Virus record (IMG/VR): IMGVR_UViG_3300036770_007547
Coordinates: 158,776 to 222,775 of that record
Length of the DNA: 64,000 nt
Strand: one strand, 5' to 3'
The notes under the pieces were generated by a model, which did not search any database, was not told the DNA's origin, and saw only the letters and a program-made list of their open reading frames with translations. A program made the translations under genes and the position numbers. Below are positions 29,256-39,736 of this stretch, piece after piece. Every line of letters begins with the position of its first letter. Position 1 is the stretch's first letter.

Positions 29256-30004
29256 ATCGTGGAGTAGTTATTTTCGCCACAGATTCAGACTCGATCAAAT
29301 ACACAGCCATGGCCCAGTGGAGCGCTGATCGTATACAACGACATCTCGGATTGCCAGTGACTGTGATCAATGGGCAAGACCTGTCACCGCAACAGCGTTG
29401 GTTTGACGATTTTGGCAGCAACGTGGATTGGTACAATTCGGATCGCAGCGATGCTTGGAATCTAAGTCCCTATGACGAGACCTTGGTGTTGGATGCCGAC
29501 TACGTGGTGTCCAGCGATTGTTTGATCAAGCTGTTTGAAACAAAGCAAGATTTTTTGGCCATGGGCGAGGCCTACGACGTGACCGGTCTACGAGAAAACA
29601 TCAACCAATTTGGCAGATACAACATGCCCATGGCCTGGGCCACAGTGATGTTTTTCCGTCGCAGTCGGCTGGCTCGGGCAGTGTTTGAAATGATGCAAAT
29701 GATACGCGAACACTGGCATCACTATCGCGATCTTTATGGGTTTCCGGGATCTTTGTTCCGCAACGACTACGCACTCAGTATCGCGCTCAATACCTTGCAC
29801 GGACATCAAGGGCGTTGGCCAGCCATACCTTGGAAGATGGCCAGCCTTGATCCCGAACACAAATTGACACAGCTCGATCAAGATCGTTTCGAAGTCATCT
29901 ATTCAAAACCCGATGGACGACGCAGCCGAATCATGATAGATGGACAGGATTTCCATGCCATGTGTAAACGCGACCTTGGAGCCATAGTCGATGCTGCGAT
30001 GTGA
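29252..30004 (+). CDS. GT-A-like glycosyltransferase
   Basis: Likely start ATG 29252 (MNRGVVIFA). ETLVLDADY DxD motif; FRNDYALSIAL. Confidence 0.6.
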   Translation: MNRGVVIFATDSDSIKYTAMAQWSADRIQRHLGLPVTVINGQDLSPQQRWFDDFGSNVDWYNSDRSDAWNLSPYDETLVLDADYVVSSDCLIKLFETKQDFLAMGEAYDVTGLRENINQFGRYNMPMAWATVMFFRRSRLARAVFEMMQMIREHWHHYRDLYGFPGSLFRNDYALSIALNTLHGHQGRWPAIPWKMASLDPEHKLTQLDQDRFEVIYSKPDGRRSRIMIDGQDFHAMCKRDLGAIVDAAM

Positions 30005-30719
30005 ACGTGGGTACCTCATTCCAGCCATTGGTCAGGAATACCTGATTTGCGCACAACGGTTGAAGCAGAGCCTGCTGGATTGGAATCCCGGAGCAGATGT
30101 CACTATAATCACTGCCGAAGATCTGCCACACGGTGACCAGGGTGGTCAAGCCAATGATTGGCAGATGTTCTATGTTTCGCCTTACCGCCAGACCATAAAA
30201 CTCGAATCCGACATGTTGTGCACCAGCCAATTCGATCACTGGTGGTCACTGTTTGAAAACCTAGATGTGGTCATCAGCCAAGGCTGCCGCGATTGGAAAG
30301 GGCAACACAGCCCGGTGCGACGATACCGAAGATTCTTGGACGCCAACCATCTACCAGATGTCTACAATGCCATCACCTATTGGCGTCTCAGCGACACTGC
30401 CCGCGATTTTTTCGATCTCACCCGAGTGATCTGGCAGAACTGGAAATCGATTTCTTCCAATTTGAAATTCGCTGACCAAGAACCCAGCACCGACTTTGTT
30501 TATGCTGTGGCAGCCGAGACCATGGGAAGACAGCGTGTGACTTTGCCAGTGGGCATCGGCCCCACGATCACGCACATGAAACCAGTGATAGGTGGTTCTT
30601 TGACCGGGCCTTGGACACGAGAAATGATGTGGGAAAAAGTCGATGGTGAGTTGCGTATAAACACCATAAGCCAACACGGCATGTTCCATTATCAGATCAA
30701 GGACTGGGATCCATCATGA
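29991..30719 (+). CDS. GT-A-like glycosyltransferase paralogue
   Basis: SPYRQTIKLESDML resembles SPYDETLVLDADY of the preceding ORF; DVYNAITYW, STDFVYAVAA. Confidence 0.55.
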   Translation: MLRCERGYLIPAIGQEYLICAQRLKQSLLDWNPGADVTIITAEDLPHGDQGGQANDWQMFYVSPYRQTIKLESDMLCTSQFDHWWSLFENLDVVISQGCRDWKGQHSPVRRYRRFLDANHLPDVYNAITYWRLSDTARDFFDLTRVIWQNWKSISSNLKFADQEPSTDFVYAVAAETMGRQRVTLPVGIGPTITHMKPVIGGSLTGPWTREMMWEKVDGELRINTISQHGMFHYQIKDWDPS

Positions 30720-31060
30720 AACAATACCCTGCATTGATCCAGGCCATGCAGCAACGCATGCCTTTGCCTGCACCGCCGCAGTATCGTCTCTATTACGACG
30801 ATCTAGGAAGGCCGATAACTTACACCACCGAAGATTTGCCCGGTAATTATGTGGTGCTCACTGTGGACGAGTATGCGTTTGCCAGCCCACATGTGCGTGT
30901 GAAAAACGGCAAGTTGATCACAGTGTCGCGGCGCCCGGCCGAGAAACTGATATCAGTGTCGGATCACGGACAAAGATGTCATCCCTGTGATGTCACAGTG
31001 ATAGTGTCTGAATCAATGCCAGCAAGATTATGGAGATTACAAGATGAATCCACGATATGA
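30716..31060 (+). CDS. Hypothetical protein
   Basis: 114-aa ORF overlapping its neighbours in the operon. Confidence 0.7.
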   Translation: MKQYPALIQAMQQRMPLPAPPQYRLYYDDLGRPITYTTEDLPGNYVVLTVDEYAFASPHVRVKNGKLITVSRRPAEKLISVSDHGQRCHPCDVTVIVSESMPARLWRLQDESTI

Positions 31061-31973
31061 CATCGCGGACCTAGATTGCATATTCCTCACCTACGACGAA
31101 CCACAACGCGAAGAATTTTGGGTGAAAATCAAAAACATGATCCCTTGGGCTCAACGAGTGGATGGTGTCAAGGGATCGGATGCTGCACACAAGGCCGCGG
31201 CCGATGCCAGCCAAACCGAACGGTTCGTCCTCATCGACGGGGACAACATACCCGACATGGAGTTTTTTAATTTGATACTAGAGTTCCCCACATTGGAACA
31301 TCAACAAGCAGTGTATCGATGGCGGGCCAGGAATCACATCAATGGATTGATGTACGGCAACGGGGGCATCAGTTCATGGACACGCGAATTCGCATGGAAC
31401 ATGCGCACACATGAAAACACCGACGGTCGAGAAGAAACACAGGTGGAATTTTGTTTCGATCCCCTTTACTGGTCCATGCATGATTGTTATTCGACCACAT
31501 ACCCCAACGGCAGTGCTTTCCAGGCCTGGCGTGCGGGGTTCCGAGAAGGTGTCAAGATGTGCTTGGATCAAGGACGCCGACCTACAGTCGCAGAATTCCG
31601 CGAACGAGTACACAGTCGAAATCTCGACAATCTCACTGTATGGCACAATGTGGGCGACGATGTCGAACATGGTATCTGGGCCATCATGGGCGCCAGGATG
31701 GGAACTTATCTGACCATGTTGGATGATTGGGACTATCGAGAGGTACAGAGCTTTGACGCTCTAGCCAAACTTTGGGAAGTGGAACAATACGTGGATCCCT
31801 ACGAAGCCGCCGATACCTATGCCAAAGGTTTGCGAACACGGTTGGATCTTCCCACGTGCAGACTTGACCCCGAACAAAGCCGATTCTTCAAGCATCATTA
31901 TCGCAGCAATTGGTCGAACCTGGGTGTGATGGTGCGCGAGATCGATGTCATACGTCGCCAGGAAGGATGGTAA
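31044..31973 (+). CDS. Glycosyltransferase-like protein (GT-A, DxD)
   Basis: CIFLTYDEP, RVDGVKGSDAAHKAAA, FVLIDGDN, NGLMYGNGG, AWRAGFREGVK. Confidence 0.55.
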   Translation: MNPRYDIADLDCIFLTYDEPQREEFWVKIKNMIPWAQRVDGVKGSDAAHKAAADASQTERFVLIDGDNIPDMEFFNLILEFPTLEHQQAVYRWRARNHINGLMYGNGGISSWTREFAWNMRTHENTDGREETQVEFCFDPLYWSMHDCYSTTYPNGSAFQAWRAGFREGVKMCLDQGRRPTVAEFRERVHSRNLDNLTVWHNVGDDVEHGIWAIMGARMGTYLTMLDDWDYREVQSFDALAKLWEVEQYVDPYEAADTYAKGLRTRLDLPTCRLDPEQSRFFKHHYRSNWSNLGVMVREIDVIRRQEGW

Positions 31974-33005
31974 TTGAACATAATCGGTCTCGATGATGGC
32001 TATCGATTCAAACTCGAAAGCATGCCACGTGGCGCACACAAGTCCCAACCCATAACACATCGTTGCAATCGACCCAGTCGTGTGGTCACTGTGGACTTCA
32101 ACGGCAACTGTCTGGTGTGTAGCTGTGATGGATGGTTACCGGTACCAGTGGGGCAGGTACAAGATTTCAGCACACTGGATTCGGTATGGGCTTCGTCGCG
32201 GGCACAGATGTTGCAACAAGACATAGACCAAGGAAGGTTCACCTGGTGCGCTGTGGAACACTGTGGCATCAAGCACAACGACATTGACCATGGCATGTAC
32301 GAACTCGCCATCAACATCGATGAAAGCTGCAACCTTTCCTGCGCCAGCTGCCGACGTGACACCATCATGCATACCACCGGTGCTGTGGTCGAGAAAAAAC
32401 AACAAGACATGCAGCGCATACTGGAATGGTTGGAGGATTTTGATCGACCTTTGCATGTGGTGACTTCGGGCAACGGAGATCCGTTGGCCAGCGTGGTCAT
32501 GCGTAAATTCCTGCAGAATTATCAACCTCGCCCGGCACAGTTTTGGACCATGTTCACCAACGGACTGTTGATCAAAAAACAGCTGGAACGACTGCCTGTG
32601 CTGGCAGCTATAAAAAATTTCCGCATCAGCGTGGATGCAGCCCGTGCCGACACATATGCTCGCGTGCGTCGCGGTGGACATTGGCCCACGCTCATGGAAA
32701 ACTTTGAATTCCTGCAAAATTTTGACGGCGACTTTGAAGTCACTGTGAATTTTTGTGTGCAACAAGCCAACTATCAAGAGATACCCGAGTTCATCGCACT
32801 GTGCCAAACGCATGGATTCAAGCCACACATACACGAACTCGATGACTGGGGCACCTGGGATCGATTCCACGAACACAATGTGTTGGACCTCCGTCATCCC
32901 GACCATGTGGCTTGTCGGAACATCGTGGAATCCAGCCTGGGTAAAAATCACAAACGTCGATGGTTTTTCAGCACAAGACTCTTGGAGCTATTGTCACTGA
33001 CATGA
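31974..33005 (+). CDS. Radical SAM protein with N-terminal twitch-like Cys domain
   Basis: CNLSCASC (CxxxCxxC); N-terminal C...GNCLVCSC...C...C; GNGDP in place of GGEP; FRISVDAA. Confidence 0.85.
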   Translation: MNIIGLDDGYRFKLESMPRGAHKSQPITHRCNRPSRVVTVDFNGNCLVCSCDGWLPVPVGQVQDFSTLDSVWASSRAQMLQQDIDQGRFTWCAVEHCGIKHNDIDHGMYELAINIDESCNLSCASCRRDTIMHTTGAVVEKKQQDMQRILEWLEDFDRPLHVVTSGNGDPLASVVMRKFLQNYQPRPAQFWTMFTNGLLIKKQLERLPVLAAIKNFRISVDAARADTYARVRRGGHWPTLMENFEFLQNFDGDFEVTVNFCVQQANYQEIPEFIALCQTHGFKPHIHELDDWGTWDRFHEHNVLDLRHPDHVACRNIVESSLGKNHKRRWFFSTRLLELLSLT

Positions 33006-34393
33006 CCAACAAAAGCCATTTCATGAACGCGGCCGAAGAGATGCAGAAGAAACTGGCGGCTGTGAGTCCCAGTCTTTGCCTGGCCAAATGGAAACAGACC
33101 AGCCTGCATCTCACCACAGGACACACCAACTCGTGCTATCATCCACCCCTGCATCGCATACCCATCGAGCCCTTGGCCCAGGATCCCGGTGCCTTGCACA
33201 ACACAGATCACAAGCGACAGCAGCGAGTGATGATGCTGAAGGGAGAACGTCCTGCAGAATGCCAGTACTGCTGGAACATGGAAGACCTGGGCCATCTCAG
33301 TGATCGTCATTATCGCAGTGGCGAACCCTGGGCAGCCATAGACTTTGATCGCATCGCCAACAGCCAAGGAGACGAACTTGATGTTATCCCCAGTTATGTT
33401 GAAGTCAATTTTAGCCATGCTTGCAATCTTAAATGCAGTTATTGTAGTCCGCAATTCTCATCGACTTGGGGCGACGAAGTGGCCAGACTGGGCGGCTATC
33501 CTACTAGCACTCCTCATAATGCACCTGAGTATTTTCATGGTGATCGCCGACCTATTCCGTTACGGGAGCATAATCCCTATGTAGAGGCCTTCTGGCAGTG
33601 GTGGCCAACACTGTATCCCCGCCTGCAACATTTCCGCATGACCGGAGGCGAACCGCTCATGGACCGGAACACCTACCGAGTGTTTGACTATGTGTTGGCC
33701 ATGCCCAAGCCTGACCTGCATCTCAATGTCACGTCGAATTTCAGCGTGGAACCAGGCCTGTGGGTCAAATATTTAGATTATGTTGAGCGCCTGTGTGCCA
33801 CCAACATCGAACATTTCATGCAGTACGTGAGCCTGGATTCGGGCATACGAGAACATGCTGAATACATACGTCATGGACTCAGCATGGGTAGGATTCATAC
33901 TTACGTGGATGAATACCTAGAACGTGTGCCGGGACGTAACAGTCTCACTTTCATCATCACCATGAACAATCTATCGGTGTTGGGACTGCAACGTCTGTTA
34001 GAATATATACTGGAGTTGAGACAGACACACAGCAAGACCTATCAAAAGATCTGGTTTGATACTCCCGTATTGCGTCAACCCGCATGGCAGAGCCTGCAGA
34101 TCTTGCCCGAGAGTTATGCTGCCACCCTGGAGCGCACTGCTGACTGGATGGAGCTGAACATGGAAACGCCGGATGACCCATTCCATGGATTCAAAGACTT
34201 CGAAGTGCAGCGCCTGCGCCGCGACATAGCCTGGATGCGCGAAGGTCAGCGACTGGACCATGACCAGGCCCAAGCCGACTTTTACAGATTCTTTGCCGAA
34301 CACGACCGCCGCCGCGGCACTGATTTTTTACAGACCTTTCCCGAAATGCGCGAGTGGTGGAAACACTGTGAACGTCTCTCCAATCAAACATAG
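33002..34393 (+). CDS. N-terminal twitch-domain radical SAM protein
   Basis: Likely start ATG 33002. CLAKW...SCYHP...CQYCW; CNLKCSYC; MTGGEPL. Confidence 0.9.
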   Translation: MTNKSHFMNAAEEMQKKLAAVSPSLCLAKWKQTSLHLTTGHTNSCYHPPLHRIPIEPLAQDPGALHNTDHKRQQRVMMLKGERPAECQYCWNMEDLGHLSDRHYRSGEPWAAIDFDRIANSQGDELDVIPSYVEVNFSHACNLKCSYCSPQFSSTWGDEVARLGGYPTSTPHNAPEYFHGDRRPIPLREHNPYVEAFWQWWPTLYPRLQHFRMTGGEPLMDRNTYRVFDYVLAMPKPDLHLNVTSNFSVEPGLWVKYLDYVERLCATNIEHFMQYVSLDSGIREHAEYIRHGLSMGRIHTYVDEYLERVPGRNSLTFIITMNNLSVLGLQRLLEYILELRQTHSKTYQKIWFDTPVLRQPAWQSLQILPESYAATLERTADWMELNMETPDDPFHGFKDFEVQRLRRDIAWMREGQRLDHDQAQADFYRFFAEHDRRRGTDFLQTFPEMREWWKHCERLSNQT

Positions 34394-35510
34394 ACTTTTT
34401 CTAGATGAGTTCAGCAACGTACAAAGCTGTCTACGGCCCTGGGCCCACCACACTTTCCATGACCTAGCTGCCAGCTATCACGGACCTGGGTGCTATGTAC
34501 TGAGTCGTCAACAGTTGGTGCAGAACATCGAACTGGTACGCAAGTTATGCGAGCTCGATGATCATGTCATGGTGTTGGAAAATTCTTCGGAAGGATCGGA
34601 GACACTCACTGGCCATTTCCGACAAATGGGCATCGAAGAATTGGTACGATCTCGACGCTTGCTGGTGATCGCGGGCGGAGACATGGATCACACATATCCA
34701 CATCTGCTTTATCAGCATTTTTTGTGTTGTGTGCTTGATTATCCGGAAAATCGTCTGGCGCAACAACGCACACAAGACATATTTGACCACAAGTCCCGGC
34801 CCTACGACTTCATGTTCCTGAACGGTCGTGGCCGCGGGCATCGACGCTATCTATGGCATCGATTCCAACAGTTGGGTCTGCTGGATCGTGCCTTGTGGAC
34901 CATGCTGGATGGCCGCCCCATATACCCCACTGGACTGACTTTGCACCACAGCGGACATGATCTCATGAGCGATGTCATACCCTTGCAGTGGTTGCCGACA
35001 AAGTATGAATATCATGAATTCCGAGACTCGCAAGTGATTCCTGGCCCGCCCAATCGCACCTTTGTCAAGCCCGAACTGTTCAAACACACCTGGGGCGACA
35101 TTTATCTGGAACCACAGGGCTATGTTGACACCTATTTCAGTGTGGTCACCGAAACTGTGTTTGAATCGCAACACAGTTTTTTCACTGAAAAGATAGCCAA
35201 GCCCTTGGCCCAGGGCCATCCCTGGATAGCAGTGGCCAATCCTGGATTCTACCGGGATTTGCGTGCCCTGGGATTCAGAACTTTTTCACATGTGATAGAC
35301 GAAAGTTTTGATGCCATCCAGGATCATCAGACTCGTCTAGAGCGCATAGTTGCCGTGGTGCAAGACATTTGCCGACAGGACCTTTCGGCTTTTGTGGATG
35401 CCTGCCAGGAGGTGTGTAAATACAATCAGCGCCATCTAGCAGCATTTTCACAATCACATCGCCGGAAATTGCCCCGACGATTTTTTGATTTCATAAAAAC
35501 CAATGAATGA
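34368..35510 (+). CDS. GT-B-like (GT10/exostosin-like C-terminus) putative glycosyltransferase
   Basis: Likely GTG start at 34368. YFSVVTET...FFTEKIAKP...PW...LRALGFRTF..VIDESFD motif, shared with two paralogues at 44.6-46.9 kb. Confidence 0.5.
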   Translation: MNVSPIKHRLFLDEFSNVQSCLRPWAHHTFHDLAASYHGPGCYVLSRQQLVQNIELVRKLCELDDHVMVLENSSEGSETLTGHFRQMGIEELVRSRRLLVIAGGDMDHTYPHLLYQHFLCCVLDYPENRLAQQRTQDIFDHKSRPYDFMFLNGRGRGHRRYLWHRFQQLGLLDRALWTMLDGRPIYPTGLTLHHSGHDLMSDVIPLQWLPTKYEYHEFRDSQVIPGPPNRTFVKPELFKHTWGDIYLEPQGYVDTYFSVVTETVFESQHSFFTEKIAKPLAQGHPWIAVANPGFYRDLRALGFRTFSHVIDESFDAIQDHQTRLERIVAVVQDICRQDLSAFVDACQEVCKYNQRHLAAFSQSHRRKLPRRFFDFIKTNE

Positions 35511-36840
35511 CATCGAGTATCGCCAACAAATCCTGGACAATATATCCGCCAGCTTTTGTGCAGCCAAATGGTACAACGCCACGATATGGTTGGGATCGGG
35601 CCAGACCACGTCGTGCCATCACCCGCCCGCTCATGCCATAGACATCACAGCCATCCATGACAATCCCAAGGCCTTACATAACACGTCCGCTAAAAAACAA
35701 GACCGCGCTGACATGCAGGCTGGTCGTAGACCCGCTGGTTGCGAGTATTGCTGGAAGATCGAAGACATGGGCAGAGACGCTGTGTCGGATCGTGTATACA
35801 AGAGCCGCATATACCCGATCCAGGCTATATATGATGCAAGCGAGATGGATCCGAATGTGGACGTCGATCTCCGCACGCTGGAGATTGCCTTTGACCGCAC
35901 TTGTCAGCTGGCTTGTTCTTACTGTAATCCTGCTTTTAGCTCTACCTGGGTTAAAGACATCCGGACTCATGGACCATATCTGGCCCTGGAATCTGATGGT
36001 CGAAACCATTTTACTCACGCTCATGATCATGCCCAGTTGTATCGCTTCGGTGAGGATAATCCATATATCAGCGCGTTTTTTCGGTGGTGGGAAACGGACC
36101 TCCACCGCACCTTGGACGAGCTGCGCATCACTGGTGGCGAACCGCTCATGTCGGGATATACATGGCAATTGCTGGAATGGTTCAAGGCGAATCAGGGTCG
36201 TTCCAAGACGCGTCTAGCCATCAACTCAAATCTCAGCATCACACGTCAGCGTCTCCGGGAATTCATTGAAGCCACGCAGTACATAGAAAATCTCGATGTT
36301 TACACCAGCAACGAAAGTGTTGGCGGCCAGGCCGAGTACATACGTGACGGACTTGACTATGATCTCTGGATGCACAATGTACAAGAACTCCTGGAACATC
36401 AACACATCCGCGCAGTACACAGCATGTGTACCATCAATGCACTTTGCTTGGACAGTCTGCCGGAATATCTGGACCAACTGATACAGCTGAAAAAACACTA
36501 CGGACGAGATCGAGTCAATTTCACTCTCAACATACTGAGATTTCCCAGCTTCCAATCACCGTTGGTGTTGCCCGATGACTTGCGAACATGCTATCGTGAT
36601 CGTTTGGTCCAGTTCATGGTCAAACACAAAGGATGTTCGTATCTGCACGAACACGAATGGCGGCATCTGCAACGACTGGTAGACTATCTAGACGTGGTCA
36701 AAACTCCGCACGCTGGCGCACGTGAACGATCGGTGTTGCAAAATGATTTCGCCAAGTTTTATCAACAGTATGATCAGCGACGCGGCAAATGCTTTGTCGA
36801 AACTTTTCCGGGAATGGCCCAATGGTACAGTCAACTATAG
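35503..36840 (+). CDS. N-terminal twitch-domain radical SAM protein
   Basis: CAAKW...SCHHP...CEYCW; CQLACSYC; ITGGEPL. Clear paralogue of 33002-34393. Confidence 0.9.
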   Translation: MNDIEYRQQILDNISASFCAAKWYNATIWLGSGQTTSCHHPPAHAIDITAIHDNPKALHNTSAKKQDRADMQAGRRPAGCEYCWKIEDMGRDAVSDRVYKSRIYPIQAIYDASEMDPNVDVDLRTLEIAFDRTCQLACSYCNPAFSSTWVKDIRTHGPYLALESDGRNHFTHAHDHAQLYRFGEDNPYISAFFRWWETDLHRTLDELRITGGEPLMSGYTWQLLEWFKANQGRSKTRLAINSNLSITRQRLREFIEATQYIENLDVYTSNESVGGQAEYIRDGLDYDLWMHNVQELLEHQHIRAVHSMCTINALCLDSLPEYLDQLIQLKKHYGRDRVNFTLNILRFPSFQSPLVLPDDLRTCYRDRLVQFMVKHKGCSYLHEHEWRHLQRLVDYLDVVKTPHAGARERSVLQNDFAKFYQQYDQRRGKCFVETFPGMAQWYSQL

Positions 36841-38528
36841 ATTTTTCACACATCGGGATTCTCCGAGATCGCGAGATATTGGCATCGATAAATCTCGACG
36901 AGTTTGAATATTCGGCCATGACATGGCCGGGTTGGATCGAACAAAAATTGCGCAGTCTCCATCGACCAGTTTTTGACGATCATCAGAGATTGGTGTTTTA
37001 TTATCACGAAGATTACTACACTGATCACAGTGTGGTAGGCAAAAAAATCAAGTGTCTACAGGAAAAGCTGAATCTAGTGGACATCTCGAATTTTTTCTGT
37101 GTGATCATCAGCAGCAATCCTGCACTGGATCAAGAGATCCAAGAGTTGAAACAGATCTCGACAGATCCAACGCCGTTGGGTCATGCCACTGTGGCTGGAT
37201 CTTACAATAGATCACAGCTGGAGTCCAAACGTCGTTACTCGTACTCCAGTCCCGAACCAGTTGGAGTCAGCCTGGACAGCCTCTCGCCCCGGCATCAATA
37301 TCTGCTGTCAGAGAGCCAGTATTTTTGCATGTATCCTTGGACGCATCTTCATGCTTGGCCCACCGGTGAAGTGTGGCCATGCTGCATGGCCGATTCCAAG
37401 CCGGGTCCCTTGGGCAATTCAAAGACCCAGGAGCTGAAGATGATCTGGAACGGCGATAAAATGAAACAACTGCGCCTCGACATGCTGAACGAAAAACCCA
37501 ACGATCTTTGTGTGCGCTGTTACGAAAAAGAACAGAGTGGATTTTTCAGCGGACGTCGCAGCGCCAACAAGCATCAGGGACACCACATCTCCAAGATAGA
37601 CAGCACCGGCATTGATGGGTCAGTGGAAGACTTCCAGATGGTGTATTGGGACATAAGATTCAGTAATCTTTGCAATCTCCGGTGTCGCACTTGTGGATAT
37701 ATCTTCAGCAGCCAATGGTGGAAAGATCAAAAGAAACTCATGGGCGAGTGGGGTGACAAATGGGCTCGGGAAACTCCGGTGTTGAACTATGCTGGACGGC
37801 ACGAAACTGACATGTGGGAACAGATGATGCCACATCTTGACTACGTAGAACAGATCTACTTTGCTGGCGGCGAACCCTTGCTCATGGAAGAACACTATCT
37901 CATATTAGACGAACTGGTCCGACGCGAGCGATTTGATGTGAGATTGATATACAACACCAATTTCACCGAAACCAGACTGAAAGATCGTTTGGTTTTCGAG
38001 TATTGGAAGAAATTTGATTCAGTGAGCGTGGGCGCCAGCCTTGATGCCATGGGCCCACGTGCAGAATACATCCGCAAAGGCACTGACTGGTACCAGATCG
38101 AATCCAATCGTGAAAAGATGTTGGAGATATGTCCCGACGTGGATTTCTATGTCAGTCCCACGCTCAGTATATTGAATGCATATCATATCTCAGAATTCCA
38201 TAGAGATTGGACCCAGCGTGGATTGATACAAGCGCAAGATCTCAATGTCAACATCTTGCAAGATCCCCTGCACTATCGAATCGATGTGGCCACACAGCCG
38301 ATGAAACTCGAACTCAGTGCCATGTGGAAAGATCACCTGGACTGGTTAGAACCACAGGACTCGCTCAAGCGAGCCACGAACGGATTCAAGAGTGCGATAT
38401 CTTTCTTGAACAACATCGATAACTCACACATGATTCCAGTGTTCTGGGCCAAGACCAACGAACTAGATGCCATACGCAACGAACGTTTGTTGGACCATGT
38501 TCCTGAATTGAAGGCATTACAAGCATGA
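36789..38528 (+). CDS. N-terminal twitch-domain radical SAM protein with extra ~170-aa N-terminal domain
   Basis: CMYPW...VWPCC...CVRC; CNLRCRTC; FAGGEPL. Start may be ATG 36822. Confidence 0.9.
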   Translation: MLCRNFSGNGPMVQSTIDFSHIGILRDREILASINLDEFEYSAMTWPGWIEQKLRSLHRPVFDDHQRLVFYYHEDYYTDHSVVGKKIKCLQEKLNLVDISNFFCVIISSNPALDQEIQELKQISTDPTPLGHATVAGSYNRSQLESKRRYSYSSPEPVGVSLDSLSPRHQYLLSESQYFCMYPWTHLHAWPTGEVWPCCMADSKPGPLGNSKTQELKMIWNGDKMKQLRLDMLNEKPNDLCVRCYEKEQSGFFSGRRSANKHQGHHISKIDSTGIDGSVEDFQMVYWDIRFSNLCNLRCRTCGYIFSSQWWKDQKKLMGEWGDKWARETPVLNYAGRHETDMWEQMMPHLDYVEQIYFAGGEPLLMEEHYLILDELVRRERFDVRLIYNTNFTETRLKDRLVFEYWKKFDSVSVGASLDAMGPRAEYIRKGTDWYQIESNREKMLEICPDVDFYVSPTLSILNAYHISEFHRDWTQRGLIQAQDLNVNILQDPLHYRIDVATQPMKLELSAMWKDHLDWLEPQDSLKRATNGFKSAISFLNNIDNSHMIPVFWAKTNELDAIRNERLLDHVPELKALQA

Positions 38529-39736
38529 TACCGCACGACAAATTTTGCGTGTTGCCCTGGATCAGTCTAGAGACTTCACCTGTGGGCACAGTGCGGCCTT
38601 GCTGTCTGGCCGAACACGAGATCGTGGATGATCTCGGCTGCAAATTCAATCTTGATCGCGCAAATCTCCATGAGATCCAACACAGCGCACACATGCGTCG
38701 ACTGCGACAACAGTTCCTGGACGGTGAGAAACCCACCACATGTCGCAAGTGCTGGAGCGAAGAAGACGCTGGTCGCACCAGCAAACGCATGCACACCTTG
38801 GATCGTCTCAAGCACATCGTCAAAGATGAAGAATGGACTGTGGATGCCCGGCCTTTGATGTTCCTTGATCTCAAGCTGGGCAACATCTGCAATCTCAAAT
38901 GCAGGATCTGCGGATCATGGAGCAGCTCTTCGTTTGCCACTGAAGAAATATCAAACATACCCGATCCGGCATTCCGCAAAAGCAGTGTCCACTATCAGAT
39001 GCTGAAGCAAGGCGCCTGGCCCCGAGAGAATCCCACATTCTGGGCGCAGATCGACGGATTACTAGATCAGATCCGCTACATCGAATTCACCGGCGGTGAA
39101 CCTTTCATGATCCAAGAACACTTTGACATGCTGCAAGGCATGGTGGATCGTGGCATCGCTCACAACGTAGAGATACACTACAATACCAATGGCACACAAT
39201 GGCCCGAGGGTGCCGAAGCGATATGGCAGCACTTCCGGACTGTGGAAATCGCATTCAGCATCGACGATCTTGATCAACGATTCGAATATCAAAGAACCAA
39301 TGCAGCGTGGACCGAAGTCGTGGCCAATCTAAGTCGTTTCCGCGAGCTGCGGTCACGGCACCGGAACATACAGTTACAGGTGTGTAGCACAGTCAACATC
39401 TTCAATGTATGGCACCTCGAAGGCCTGGCCGAATGGATCGACCAGCAGGATTTCGATTTCATTTACTGGAACATGTTACACGAAGCCCGACATTTCAGTA
39501 TATCAGCTCTGCCGCCCGGAGCCAAGATGTTGGCAGCCCAGAGATTGGACACAGCCACAGTCAGCGATTTCCATCGCAGAGAATTTGATTTGATCCGGGA
39601 TTTCATGATGGCCGGAGAAAGCATGCCCGTGGAAACCATCCGCGAACAGATCCGGAGACTGGATCAGCGACGCGACCAGGACTTGAGATCCACGATCTGG
39701 GAATTGGCCGAGGCCCTGGACTATGACCCGACCTGA
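38525..39736 (+). CDS. N-terminal twitch-domain radical SAM protein
   Basis: CVLPW...VRPCC...CRKC; CNLKCRIC; FTGGEPF. Confidence 0.9.
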   Translation: MIPHDKFCVLPWISLETSPVGTVRPCCLAEHEIVDDLGCKFNLDRANLHEIQHSAHMRRLRQQFLDGEKPTTCRKCWSEEDAGRTSKRMHTLDRLKHIVKDEEWTVDARPLMFLDLKLGNICNLKCRICGSWSSSSFATEEISNIPDPAFRKSSVHYQMLKQGAWPRENPTFWAQIDGLLDQIRYIEFTGGEPFMIQEHFDMLQGMVDRGIAHNVEIHYNTNGTQWPEGAEAIWQHFRTVEIAFSIDDLDQRFEYQRTNAAWTEVVANLSRFRELRSRHRNIQLQVCSTVNIFNVWHLEGLAEWIDQQDFDFIYWNMLHEARHFSISALPPGAKMLAAQRLDTATVSDFHRREFDLIRDFMMAGESMPVETIREQIRRLDQRRDQDLRSTIWELAEALDYDPT

